A stretch of DNA of 64,000 nt from Eledone cirrhosa (GCA_964016885.1 OZ024747.1:59520001-59584000), one strand, 5' to 3'; shown: positions 29,101-41,605, counted from the first letter of the stretch. Translations and numbers: made by a program. Notes: a model not told the origin generated them from the letters alone.

Positions 29101-29147
29101 ATGTTAGCTTGATTCTTCCTTTAGGTGAGTAAATTTATTATTTGTCG

Positions 29148-29197
<50 letters not shown>

Positions 29198-29277
29198 ACA
29201 TAATACTAGAGGTTTCTCAACTAGATACATGGAAAACAAAACTTTTTGTATATCATTTAAATTTGTACACATATATA

Positions 29278-29322
<45 letters not shown>

Positions 29323-29455
29323 GTTATTCCGGGTTGAATCGGAGGTAACCACAGTAAGTAAGGTACTCAATACATAGCAGAGTATAAAAGTTTTAATATA
29401 AGATTCCTGATGATTTCTAATGAATGAAACAGTTCTAGTCCTGTAGAATCTCATC

Positions 29456-29486
<31 letters not shown>

Positions 29487-29487
29487 G

Positions 29488-29566
<79 letters not shown>

Positions 29567-29601
29567 ATGTATATATGTGTGTGTATATATATATGTGTGT
29601 G

Positions 29602-29675
<74 letters not shown>

Positions 29676-30094
29676 GTTGTTTTTGGCAGTGAAATTGTAT
29701 TAGCACTTCTGTTGATACTTTGAGAACATTGTTTTAATCTTTCCTTACCATTAGGCAGAGATGTTCTACTGGTAGTATTTAGCTTTCCTAGTGTGTTTAT
29801 TATGCAGGTTTAATGAGATTTTAGTCTGAACATTAGTAGAAAAGAATTATTATGATAAAGCTGTGTCATTATGGCATGGAGGAAAATTAAATAAAGAAGC
29901 AACAGAATTCAAATTCAAAGAGTAGATAACATTTGAAAAAATGTATTTCAAGAAAATTATAAACTGGAAGTCATCGAAAATAACAGGTTACGGTATATGA
30001 CTGTTAGGTGAAGAAGTGCCAAGAGACTTAAAGTAGAAACAAGTTGCATTAGAGAATAGAAGAGCAAACATAAAATTGATTATTATTATTATCA

Positions 30095-30670
30095 TTTTTA
30101 TTTTCTTTCATTATTGTTTCTGAGATATATGCCGAGTGTCTTCCTGACACCTAGGGCAAATAAATTCACAGTGTGCATTGGTAAGCCAGTTATTACAGCA
30201 CATTGATTATAATTTTAAAAAAAACAAAAAAAAAAACAGTATTCATATATACACATGTGCATATGCATATGTAAATACAAGGAGGGATATCAATCTTACA
30301 GAGATAGTGCTCTTCTCAATACGTGTGCAGTACCAGTCAAAACAATTTTTTTGCACCTTATGCAGAGAGGGTAAACCAGGAATCATTCGCAAATATTGTT
30401 CTGTTCCTTTCTTGATCATTCCCAGTCCCCCCACAATCACTGGTATTGTAACGGCCTTGAGGTGCCACATTTTCTCAATTTCAATGAGCAGATCTTTATA
30501 TTTTCGTAGCTTGTCAAATTCTTTTGCCGCGATATTGTGATCACATGGGATGCTCATATCTATCAATAAACAGACCTTGTTATGTTGATCTTTTACAATG
30601 ATGTCAGATCTATTTGCTTTTATGGTCCTGTCAGTATGTACAGGAAAGTCCCAGAGAATTGTTACTTTTT

Positions 30671-30675
<5 letters not shown>
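30095..30675 (-). mobile_element. 3' end of an R4/NeSL-like LINE, restriction-like endonuclease domain
   Basis: ILWDFPVHTDRTIKANRSDIIV...LLIDMSIPCD...KEFDKLRKYKDL...IPVIVGGLG; (AAT)n tail. Confidence 0.88.
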
Positions 30676-30712
<37 letters not shown>

Positions 30713-30713
30713 A

Positions 30714-30905
30714 GGGCGGTGGATTGGCAGTATCGGTAGAGGGTCAGACACCATGCTTTCCAGCCTAGTTACGTCCCTTTACGATCTGAGTTCAAATCCC
30801 GCCGAGGTTGACTTTGCCTTTCATCCTTACGGGGTCGATAAAATAAAGTACCAGTAATACACTGGGTAATTGCTGGCCTTGTGCCAAAAGTAGAAACAAT
30901 TATTA
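30714..30905 (+). mobile_element. Main tRNA-derived SINE, full length
   Basis: Near-identical to 25315-25506. Confidence 0.92.
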
Positions 30906-30907
30906 TC

Positions 30908-31370
30908 TCTCTGGTGGCCATGGCAAAAAAGATCGTTTGAAAGGGCTGAAGATGAGCACTTACCCCCTCGGTAATGCCCTGATTAACTTTTTCAAATTTC
31001 ATTTGAAAAGGAAAATCATGGTGGAGAGGGAAATGCTCTCTTCCCAGCATTTTGTTGAAAGATGGGTGAGAGAGGCAAACATGGCCCGAGTGAATGAGCC
31101 TGCTCCTAGTATGCATCTGTAAATTGAAGGTGGAAAACTGGGAGAGGGCATTTGCCCTGGTGGTCAGCATCACCATGGCTTTTTTAATGGGCTTTCTCCA
31201 TGAGTGTCCCTCAGAAGTCTCTCCCTCCTATTGGGGAATTTCCTTTTGATTCTTTTATGTCATTTTCTGTTTTTTTTTCTTTACATGCAGAAATACCCAT
31301 TTGTACCGTCCTGTGCTGTCCTTAATGTTATACTTTATGTCAACCCTTGTGGTTAATAAAGAAAACATTA
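30908..31370 (+). mobile_element. 3' end of a Tx1/L1-clade LINE
   Basis: LINFFKFHLKRKIMVERE..FVERWV..ARVN is homologous to the ORF at 56190-56801; ends CCCTTGTGGTTAATAAAG. Confidence 0.75.
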
Positions 31371-31382
31371 TCATTATTATTA

Positions 31383-31618
31383 GGGCGGTGGATTGGCAGT
31401 ATTGGTAGAGAGTCGGACACTATGCTTTGCAGCATAGAGTTACGGTCCTTTACGGTCTGAGTTCAAATCCCGCCGAGGTTAACTTTGCCTTTCATCCTTA
31501 CGGGGGGGGGGGGGGGGGGGGGGGGTCCATAAAATAAAGTACGAGTAACATACTGGGGTCAATTTAATCAACTTTCTCCTCCCCAACAAAATTGCTGGCC
31601 TTGTGCCTATATAAGAAA

Positions 31619-31625
<7 letters not shown>
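31383..31625 (+). mobile_element. Main tRNA-derived SINE, longer variant with an internal poly-G
   Basis: Same head, body and tail as the other copies. Confidence 0.9.
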
Positions 31626-31652
<27 letters not shown>

Positions 31653-31659
31653 CAATATT

Positions 31660-32190
31660 GTTATTCTTGGAATCTCAGTCATTGATGCTATTTAACTGGA
31701 AAGCAGCCTCAGATATTCAGGACGACGTATCGAAGGGTTCTTGCTGCTCCCAGCAAGCATGCCTTTTGATGTGTTTCAAAAAAAGGAGGCTGGACTAATG
31801 TTCTTTAACCATCCTTGAAAACTCTTTGAGATAATACCTAGTGCCCTTATAACAATCGGGATGACCTTGATCTCATGACAGTCCCAAATCCTTTTTAATT
31901 CCCACTTTAAATCCTGGTTTCAGTTAATTTTCTCCTTCTGCTTTTCTTGCACTGTTATGTCAAAGAGGCAGGCTACATCTACAATCAGGCACGATCTTGT
32001 TTTCCTTGTCCAAAACCACCAGGTCAGGCCTATTGTGTTATAATTTCTTGTCTGTCTGTATCCTGAAATCCCATAGCACCTTCACCTGATCGTTTTCTAT
32101 CACCGACTCTGGCTTATGCTCATACCACTTCTCAGAATGTGGTAAATTGTTTAGTTTGCATAGGTGCCAGTGTATCAGTGTATGGATGAT
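31660..32190 (-). mobile_element. Decayed 3' end of a second R4/NeSL-like LINE
   Basis: HWHLCK..KWYEHKPESVIENDQVKVLWDFRIQTDKKL*HNRPDLVV...IPIVIRALG. Confidence 0.85.
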
Positions 32191-32349
32191 GACTGTTAGG
32201 TGAAGAAGTGCCAAGAGATTTAATGTAGAAAGAAGTTGCATTAGAAAATGGAAGAACGAACATAATATTGTGGTGATTATTATTATTATTATTATTATTA
32301 TGGGCGGTGGATTGGCAGTATCAATAGAGAGTCGGACATCATGCTTTGT

Positions 32350-32645
32350 GGGGGACCCATGGCATTTCAGGTTTGAGGCGGACCCATGGCACTTCAGCTT
32401 TTGGGGGTACCCATGGCACTTCAGGTTTGGAAGGCACCTCATAGACAAAATACTAGAATACACAACAAACCCCTCCAATTTCACATATCAAAGTTAGCTT
32501 GGTGCAAGTAATTGGAATTGAATAGTTATACATACAGGTATTATGAGGGAACAAATAAATTACTACGGCCATCACTGGTGGGGTCCACCACTGTAGGGGG
32601 CCTGGGGAAATTGCCCCTTTTGCCCCCCATTAAATCTGGCCCTGC
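32350..32645 (+). mobile_element. MITE copy (family of 63619-63930)
   Basis: Shared internal sequence and right end ATTAAATCTGGCCCTG. Confidence 0.7.
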
Positions 32646-32785
32646 TTATACCTAGTTTCTCATTCGGATCATCCGTGAGTAATGTAAGGATTAAGTGTGA
32701 CAAAATGACATATACGTATAAAATTGCATGTGTGCTCAAGTATACATACACACACACACACACATACACACATATACACATGCAT

Positions 32786-32819
<34 letters not shown>

Positions 32820-33525
32820 ACACACACGTACGCATGCATACATGCATGTACACACACGTACACACATGGTCATGCACACAAACACACATGCATTTCACAG
32901 TCCCTCTTTACCAATAAATACAGTTACCTCCCAAAACACATTCTCCCACCATCAATTGTACATACCCCACCTTCACCACATTACCTTCCCTATTTATCCA
33001 CACGTGCACACAGACACACACACAGACACGCACGCAGACACACACACAGACACACACACACACTTCACCAATAAATACAGTCACCCCCACACGCACATCC
33101 CTCAATTGTGCATACCCCATCTTCCCTACATTCACCTCCCCCCTCCCCCATCAGTTGTACATGTCTCCGCCTACACACACCCCACATTCATCTCTCTGTC
33201 CTCCTCCCTCTCCACCAGTTGTATATACCCCCCTCCCCCCGCCACACACACACCACATTCACCTCTCTACGTGACCGTGAATTATAAATTCCTGATTTGC
33301 TGTCGGCTCATTTAAGAAGAAGACTTCACCATTTACCAACCATTTTTGCCTGTCAATACAACACTGACTTGAACTTCTTAGTGAAAACTTGAATAACAAT
33401 TTATTGATTTAAATATTTCATACTCAATTGTATAAATTTAGAAACTGGAAGAGAGAAAAAAGAAAAAGAAGGAAGAAAATAAATAAACAAAAGAGTAAGG
33501 GATGGGGTGTAAGCGGGGAAGAGGC

Positions 33526-34105
33526 AAACTCTATGCCATCGGTTGGATGGTTTATCTCAGCTGTGTAATTGCTGCAGGAAACAGCCAGTGATACCCACTA
33601 CATCAACCATACCACCTCTCAGGATAAACTCTAGGCTGTTGACTGGTTGGTATATCTCAGCTGTGTAATTGCTGCAAAGAACAGCCAGTGATTCCCACTA
33701 CATCAGCCATACCACCTCACAGGTCAAACTCTATGCCATCGGTCGGATGGTTTATCTCAGCTGTGTCATTGCTGCAGATAATAGCCAGTGATACCCACTA
33801 CATCAGCCATACCACTCTACAGGATAAACTCTAGGCTGTTGGTTGGATGGTATATCTTGGCTGTGTCTATTGTATAAGATGGTGAAATCATTACTGTAGA
33901 GAACAGCCAGCGATACCCACTACATCAACCATACCATCTCACAGGACAAACTCTACATACTTGTCTGGATGATGCATCTCAGCTGTGTCCCAAGTATAAG
34001 ACAGTGAAATCATTACTGCAGAGAACAGCCAGTGATACCCACTGCATCAGCCATACCACCTCACAGGACAAACTCTATGCTGTTGATTGGATGGTATAAC
34101 TCAAT
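33526..34105. repeat. Tandem array of 100/100/100/122/122-bp units plus a partial unit
   Basis: AAACTCTA anchors at 33526, 33626, 33726, 33826, 33948 and 34070. Confidence 0.92.
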
Positions 34106-34629
34106 CAGAAATACCAACTGCATCAACCATTCAACCCCATGGGCCTTCTTCTTCAAGCAATATACCCTCCCAATTTGGCAGAAGAAAGTGGCAATCTGGG
34201 GTGTGAGATCTCAATGATAAATGGCACAAAATCAAAACATTCAGGCAAAGGCCTGAATATAATCATTTTTAATTTCATCCTCTTCAATATTTTCCTGTGA
34301 ATATGACTGACTTTTTTTTTACAAAAAAAAAAAAAAATTGATATAAAATCTACTTGTGAAAGTCTCAATCCCGGAATTTCAGTAGGCCAGTACTTATCCC
34401 AGTTTCCTTGGCATTAAACATCTGATAGTGTAAGGATGCCAGTCCATCGCAGACTTAAACCACCCAGATAGTGTTTGTACTCATTTTCAGCTGAGTATAT
34501 TGGAGCAATGTAAAATAAAGTGTTTTCTTCAAGAACACAACACACAACCTGGCTCAGGAATCGAACCAACAACATTATCATCACTTATATCTATGACATC
34601 ATTATGCAATAGGTTTTGTACTCTTTTAA

Positions 34630-34823
34630 CCCTCTAGCATTTAAACTGGCTGTATCTGGCCAGAATTCTCTTACCTCTTTCTGTTGAAACCAGCTGTAAC
34701 TGGCCAACAATACTGACGTAATACTATCATCTTCAAAATCTCATAGATTCAATATTATGTGAGATAAAGCCTTTACCATGAAAAATACAATAATAAATAT
34801 AGAGTAATGTAAATGCTAAAGGG
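34630..34823. mobile_element. piggyBac-like (TTAA) MITE; related copies ~25850-25960, 44430-44675, 50150-50355, 61337-61518
   Basis: TTAA|CCCTCTAGCATTTA ... TAAATGCTAAAGGG|TTAA. Confidence 0.85.
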
Positions 34824-35454
34824 TTAAGGCAGTAGGATGTCATTTCAGGATTATTTGGCTACTATTTCTAGCTGATCAAGTGACCACATAGAAGCTCTTT
34901 TATTTGCATGGAGACGTATATAGTGCAATGATTTGAGGCATTCCAATATTCTATGCTCAACAACCTATTAATTAATCCAGAAAATCATTAGATAATTGGT
35001 GGTTACTGATTAGTATCCAATTGTTAAGGCTGATTAAATGTCTACTCTGTTATTTCAGAAAATACTGAAGCTACCAACTGTACATATTTTAATCAATGAT
35101 TATTTAAATAAAAACAAATAAAACAGAAAACAAAAACAAAAACCAAATGCTTACTTTTTTTGCAATCCTTCATCTTATGTCTATACTGGAAATCATTTGT
35201 TTTGGCTTTCATAGTCACTCAAAAGGTCATGTTCTATTAAAAAAGTGAAAATACTTCTGTTTAACAGTAAATTCATCTTCTTATCTTATTTCATTTTTTA
35301 AAATCAAAATATAGATTATATATATCATAATCATCATCGTTTAATGTCCATTTGCCGTGCTAGCATGGGTTAGTTTGATGCAAGTCGGGTCAGGTGACCG
35401 TGTCTTGCTCATACAGAACTGTTTCTGGCTTCATATATATATATATATATATAT

Positions 35455-35876
35455 GTAGGAGGTTAGTTTTATTGTAGTACAATAAAGCAATGCAGATATC
35501 GGATAAGAAGCACTCTACAGTTTGTAGGACTGGAGTATACATAATATATAAGATCAAAAGATGGTTAAAGGAGTTCCATGTATTTTATTATGCGCATTTC
35601 AAAAACAAACATCATCATGCAATAATATTTGTGTTTTCATCCGATAAAAAAGGAGGACATGATATGAAGGCTAAAACACTTGTGGATAGTGCAGTTTTAA
35701 ATCAACATATCTTGATATGTTGATTTAAAACTGCACTATCCACAAGTGTTTTTTAGCCTTCATATCATGTCCTCCTTTTTTATCGGATGAAAACACAAAT
35801 ATTATTGCATGATGATGTTTGTTTTTGAAATGCGCATAATAAAATACATGGAACTCCTTTAACCATCTTTTGATCT

Positions 35877-35883
<7 letters not shown>
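35455..35883. mobile_element. Penelope-like terminal repeat plus inverted partial copy (~168-bp foldback) carrying two variant hammerheads
   Basis: Arms 35544-35711 and 35714-35883 differ by a 2-nt indel; + strand HHR 35778-35844 with core CGGATGA/GAAA and palindrome ATGCGCAT. Confidence 0.8.
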
Positions 35884-35925
<42 letters not shown>

Positions 35926-35989
35926 GTGTAGGTAGTATGGTGAATTACTGGGGTTGGTACCAAATCAAGCACACTATGCACAGGCAGAG

Positions 35990-36160
35990 TGTATATAATA
36001 GAAAAAACGAGGAAGTTTCAGTTACATATAAAAAAATATCTATTGCGTATTGACCTGTTATGCACATTTCGCAGAGGATTGGCTCAAGGTCACCTATAGA
36101 GCACGCAATAAATATTTTTATATGGAAATTAAATTTCCTCGTTTTTTCTATTATATATAT
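35990..36160. repeat. Imperfect inverted repeat (~57-bp arms) with a deleted hammerhead remnant on the minus strand
   Basis: ATAATAGAAAAAACGAGGAA...TATTGCGT / ACGCAATA...TTCCTCGTTTTTTCTATTAT; inner minus strand TGACCT-TGAGC..GC-GAAA-TGTGCA-TA-ACAGGTCA. Confidence 0.7.
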
Positions 36161-36449
36161 ATATATGTGTATGTATGTATATATATATATATATATATAT
36201 ATGTACATATATATACACGTTTATATATATATATATATTTTGTGAAATCGTTTTTTGAAACTGATATTGCTATATTTGGGGGTGGTCATGTTGCTAGTAT
36301 TGCCAATAAAAAAACATATGCTCTATATCTTTATCATTAGTTATTGGTTAGTTCATCAAGTTCTTTTGCCACACATTCTGTGACCTCCTCAGTGACTATT
36401 TGCTCTCTTCGTTCTGGACTTAATTTCTTACTACATCTTGTCTTTTTTT

Positions 36450-37000
36450 GTGGTATGTTTTTCGAGAAAGGGCCCCCCCCTCCCAAAAAAAAACACACCC
36501 ATCGTTGCCTTGATTGCAAGTGCAAGTGTTCTCTCCTAGTTGTCTTGTTGTCTTCTTCCAATCTACAGGCACATAATCAGAACAAGCCCATTCACTTGGA
36601 CCATGCTCCCCACCCTCACCCACCCTTCAACAAGATGGTTAGCAGGTAGCACTTCCCTCTCCGCTCTGATTTTTCTGTTCGAGTGAAACCTGAAAAAATT
36701 AGTCAAGGCTTCATTCTTCAAATGTGTCTATCTATACTAGATGATATATTTTGCTGCCATAATCTGCTTGTCCTTCCCAGCTAAAGGAAGACAGCAGGGT
36801 GATATTTACACTGGACTCAGTTGATATCTGGATCCGTCCTCCTATATGTGATACCAAGTGCTCACCATAAATCCACAAGTCAGAAATAATCAAACATTAG
36901 GTGAGTGCATGCAGGATTGTTTCGTTGCCCTGCACGCATCTCGGAAACCTCGGTAAGGCGAGCTGCCAATGATGACAAGAACATCATTGTCAGTGGCCAC
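36450..37000 (-). mobile_element. Decayed Tx1/L1-clade LINE 3' fragment
   Basis: PRCVQGNETILHAL*C..SDLW...RIQISTES and FRFH..RKIRAERE..WV..VNG align with 56190-56801. Confidence 0.75.
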
Positions 37001-37649
37001 TAACTCACCTAAATGTCTCAAATACCACAGGCTGGAATAAGTAGTTTGCTGATAACTCCCAGTAAAATTTTATTCCATTCAGCTACGAGAGTAGTGACCC
37101 TCTACCACAGCATCTAGAATGTGGAAAGGAGCAAAGGAGTCATTGACTGTGGTTGCACCTCAAATGAGATATCTACCTCGTACACCTGTACAAAGGGTAA
37201 GACCAGCTGCTCTCTTCAGAGGCACAACTAGGGAAAATAGCGCCTATGGCAAGTTGTGAAATTGCACGCCTGCCCAGCACTGTATTTTTACCTATAGGCA
37301 TAATAATTTATATAAATGGTTTAATGATACAGCCACCATAGTGTTCTCCCCCATGATAATCAGAGACAGATCATATATCTGAAAGAGTTTCTTTTTTGAC
37401 TTTCCGACAAGGCTTATTTGATTTTAATAGAATATGCTCCTAGTCCAAGTGGTGCCTCCTTCATGGAGCGGCCATGGCACATGCAATGCTTGGCATGCCC
37501 CAGTTATGTCTCTGGGTCTCTTCCCATCAACAGTTGGGTCCAGAATTTCTGGGATATTTACCTGAGCCAGGATCTGCGTGAATAATTCAGTTTAGGAAAT
37601 ATGTTGAAATTCGTTTCCCCATGTCCTTCTTTCATGTAGCTATTCCAGT

Positions 37650-37860
37650 TCAATCAGCTGGGTAAAAAATTAGTTGTACCTGCAATTCAAAGGACCAGCC
37701 TAATCAAAAACTCTGTCATGCTGAATCTCCCTGAGAGCTACGTTAAAGGTGAACGAATCTGCCGTATGTTCAATCACTCTCAGGTCAGGTTAATTTCATG
37801 AGCTGCTGTTCAGTTGATCCTAATAACTAGAACAGTCATCGTCGAAAGCGATGCCAACCA
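37650..37860 (+). mobile_element. Dispersed SINE-like repeat; copies also ~44130-44300, 45500-45690, 48215-48540
   Basis: Shared core AATTCAAA..GTCATGCTGAATCTCCCTGAGA..CGTTAA; the copy at 48230 has a tRNA-like head. Confidence 0.7.
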
Positions 37861-38268
37861 TTAATTGTTTAATTGTGAATTAAGTTACTTATTATCTTGG
37901 TCAAATTTCTAATTTAGAAATTCCAACATCTGCTGGTTCGATATTTCTCTATCGTCTGCTAAACATTTATAACTTTTACGTACGAATATCAAACACGTGT
38001 TTTTCTACACAAATCTAACGTTTTCTCCGTCTTTCTTTGTTTATCTCCCACTCTCTTTCTTATTCTTCTCATTTTTTCTCTCCTTTTTCTCTATCGTTTT
38101 CCCTCTCTTTCTTTATCTTTCCTCCTCTCTTTATGTTTTCTCCCTGACTTCCCTCTCAGTTTCCCATTGTCTTTCTCTATCCCCCACTCACACTCACTAT
38201 TCTTCGGGTAACCATTATTCTATCAATATTATAACGGGTGTTCGGTAACACCATTTTTTTTTCGCAAG

Positions 38269-38312
38269 AGGATTTACAACTTATGACTGGTGACCAATTT
38301 GTATGGAATAAG
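38269..38312 (+). CDS. Candidate internal exon (EDLQLMTGDQFVWNK) phase-compatible with the MADRRDS exon
   Basis: T-rich acceptor TTTTTTTTCGCAAG, open frame from phase 1, strong donor AAG|GTAAGC. Confidence 0.3.
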
Positions 38313-38994
38313 GTAAGCAAGCTCTCTCAGTTTACATAAAGTTTTCCTTGAGCTATTTCCCTCTTCCATTTTATTGTTGACAGACATATAATTGTTTCTA
38401 CTTTAGGCACAAGGCCAGCAATAACCCAGTACATTACTGGTACTTTATTTTATCGACCCCGTAAGGATGAAAGGCAAAGTCAACCTCGGCGGGATTCAGT
38501 TCCGTATATCTTTATATTTTCATAAATAATTTAGCTTGCAATTAATGTTTATCATTGATTGACCAACAGTTAAAATTATAAATATGAATATAATTTCTCA
38601 AAGTTTTCAAAGTTCTTTCGTCACATTTTTTTTTTTTCTGTAACATCTTCAGTTATTTCCTCCCCGTTGTGTTTATATAAATGCATCGCCGAATATGATT
38701 TACTAACGAAACAAATCAATAAGAATTAATCTGAGAGAAAAAAAAGGGAAGTAAAAATAAACACTAGAAGATATGTACACTCAATGGAGAGAAAAGACAG
38801 AAAGTAAGAATTATGTAATGAATGTGCCTTAACTTGAAGTTACGAATAGTTTTAGTTTTATTCTGGGAGGAGAGATAAAATACCTTAGTTCTCGTGCGAC
38901 TTACACATTTCATGCTGTAGGAAAGATAACAAAAAGCCTGCTCGAGTTTATTTCAATAGAATGCATACAAATAAACACAATTTATATTTTTTTA

Positions 38995-39272
38995 AAATGG
39001 CGTGGCTGGAAGAAAGGAAAGTAAACTCTCCAAATATCGCTCACTCTCCAACAGGTTTGCGGCCGAGCCTGTGACAGTGGAGACTTCTGGTATCCTTGGC
39101 CCTAGAACCTAGTACCTCCCTACTCACCACCAAGGCCACAGAGTTGGCCACCCGCAAGTGTGAGCCTTGCGAGCTGGAATGGCTCTTCCAGCGCGTCTCC
39201 CTCAACATTCCCCGGAGAAATGCATTCTCTATTCTGTCCGCCGGGCGACCAGCGCATGGGCTCCCAATTGCT
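38995..39272 (+). mobile_element. CRE-clade LINE 3' end (RLE C-terminus)
   Basis: KLSKYRSLSNRF..PVTVETSGILGP and WLFQRVSLNIPRRNAFSIL resemble the CRE motif FLxQRLSxAxQRGNA. Confidence 0.75.
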
Positions 39273-39275
39273 CAT

Positions 39276-39606
39276 AATAATTGTTTCTACATTTGGCACA
39301 AGGCCAGAAATTATCTAGTTCATTACTGGTACTTTATTTTATCGAGACCCCGTAAGGATGAAAGGTAAAGTTAACTTCGGCGGGATTTGAACTCAGACCG
39401 TAAAGGAACGTAACTATGCTGGAAAGCATGGTGTCCGACCCTCTACCGATACTGCCAATTCACCTTCATAATAATTATTTCTACTTTTGGCACAAGGCCA
39501 ACAATTATCCCAGTGTATTACTGGTACTTTATTTCATCGACCCCCGTAAGCATGAAAGGCAAAGTTAACCTCGGCGGGATTTGAACTCAGACCATAAAGG
39601 GCCGTA
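39276..39606 (-). mobile_element. Two tandem copies of the main SINE (another partial copy at 38388-38496)
   Basis: Reverse-complement matches to the SINE consensus. Confidence 0.9.
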
Positions 39607-40864
39607 TAATGAGAGATGGGGAGAGCGAGGTAGACGGAGGCAATGACAGTGGGAATTTGGTTCTTTTGTGTTCGGACCTGGTGTATATGTATATATTTCA
39701 CGGACACACACTCTGAAGAAAGAAAGCAGGGAAGAGACAGATACACATATTTACGTCGACCTAGATCTCAATATTGTTTGGGCAATACAGCTTGGTCAAG
39801 GTACTCTGTAGCAAGTCTGACATTAACCAAACACTTAATTTTACCAACGTATATGTCAAAACGTTTCAGAGATAACGAGAATCTGAGGGACTGGGTCTGA
39901 ACATATACAACAGTTTAGAAATCAATAGATAACTCCTAATTATTTTAAAAAAAAACTGTATGGGGCTCAATTACATCAGTGTTTTGAAGTGTTTGCTAGC
40001 TTCAAGAAAAAAAGTAGGTTCGAAAGCAAGGCCTGCAATTGTGAATTTTAGGAACGAATATGTCGATGGCGGAGGGGACTACGATAGAGGGGAAAGATTC
40101 AATGAATAGGACGACTGCTCGGTGATTGAGGTAACATATCTCGTATTTGGAACTGTTGACTCCTCAGTCATCGTCTTCGCAGTAATAAATGCCTTAACGG
40201 GAGGTCCTCCTAAACAAATATTATCAAAATATCAGGAATTCAAATTCAGGTTGGTCCCTATCTCACCTCATTGATACGCCTGTGTAAATAGGGCAGGCCC
40301 GAGCTGGTCGCTTTGTTGGACTACTGAGGCGGATAGGATGAACTGGTTACTAAATGAAAGATGGAACAAAATTACGCCTTTGATGATGGTATACTTGGTA
40401 AATAATAAACATCAGAGCAACGGAGCTTGGAACTTCTAAATGTTATTAGAACAATAAGTAACTTTATTTTTCTCAATTTAACGATACGTTTGCAAAAGTA
40501 TATACATAGATACATACAGATACACACACCTAAATTTACACACACCTACATATATACACACACATACATGAATAAACGTTGAGAGAGGTTTGTATAATTA
40601 CATTATTTATAATAGATATAATTATGTAATACACAAACCTGCCTTAAGGTTTATTTGTAAAACAATACTCCGTCATGTTATACGCTATCCCACAGTCTAT
40701 TGATTGAGATGACTCAAACACAACACTTACAAATAAACACTTGGTTACACACACACACCACACACACACACCACACACACTACACACACACACACACACA
40801 CACACAGTGAGAGGAGGGGAGCAAAAATATATAACTATTTTGTATGTAAAGAGCTATATCAGAG

Positions 40865-41189
40865 ATTATATGGCATCGCCAAAAGAGTTACAGCCACCCC
40901 CACCTCTTGGGACTCCTTCCTCAGCCGGGCTGCTGATGTTCCGACCTTTCAAAGGAGCTCAGCAATATGGGGTCTGAGTATGCCTGAGATCTCGACAACA
41001 ACCGGTGCGATGAGAAAACGGCCGGACAATCCCCGGTGTTTATCTTCCTTTCCTCTGCATTGTGGGCTGCAGTACCAGGGTTTGTGGCCAAAGTGACTTA
41101 AGTTGAAGGCGGAGAACGTGTCACATGTCGCGTCCCAAATGAGGCATCTAGTTCATTTGAATAGAAGAATGTAATTTCGTCAGGGCATT

Positions 41190-41190
<1 letters not shown>
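40865..41190 (-). mobile_element. Decayed CRE-clade LINE endonuclease fragment
   Basis: CPD.IT...CLIWDATCDTFS...PGTAAHNAEERK...LSGRFLIAPVVVEISG with frameshifts. Confidence 0.7.
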
Positions 41191-41220
<30 letters not shown>

Positions 41221-41605
41221 AGATAAATCTACCAAAATATACGGTAGTGTCCAATCCGTATGAAGAACTCAATGTAATCCAAATATCATGAAAAGAGAAT
41301 ATGCATTCAAAAATTTTCGATGAAAATCACAGGAAAACTGAGTCAAGATAAATTATAAATTATTTTAATTAATTTATATATATATATCACGATACATTAA
41401 TGGAGTCATAGACTCTCGCCGTTCCCTGTAAATAATGTACTCAAAGAAGCGGAAATCCTGGACACTTAAAAATACAATATGTTGAAAAGGTAATACACTA
41501 GAGAGATACAATGCGCCATCAATAAAACAGTGTATGGAATCTATAACCTATGGAAGGCAGAATATAGACACGATAATTAAAATAATTATATAATTATATA
41601 ATATA

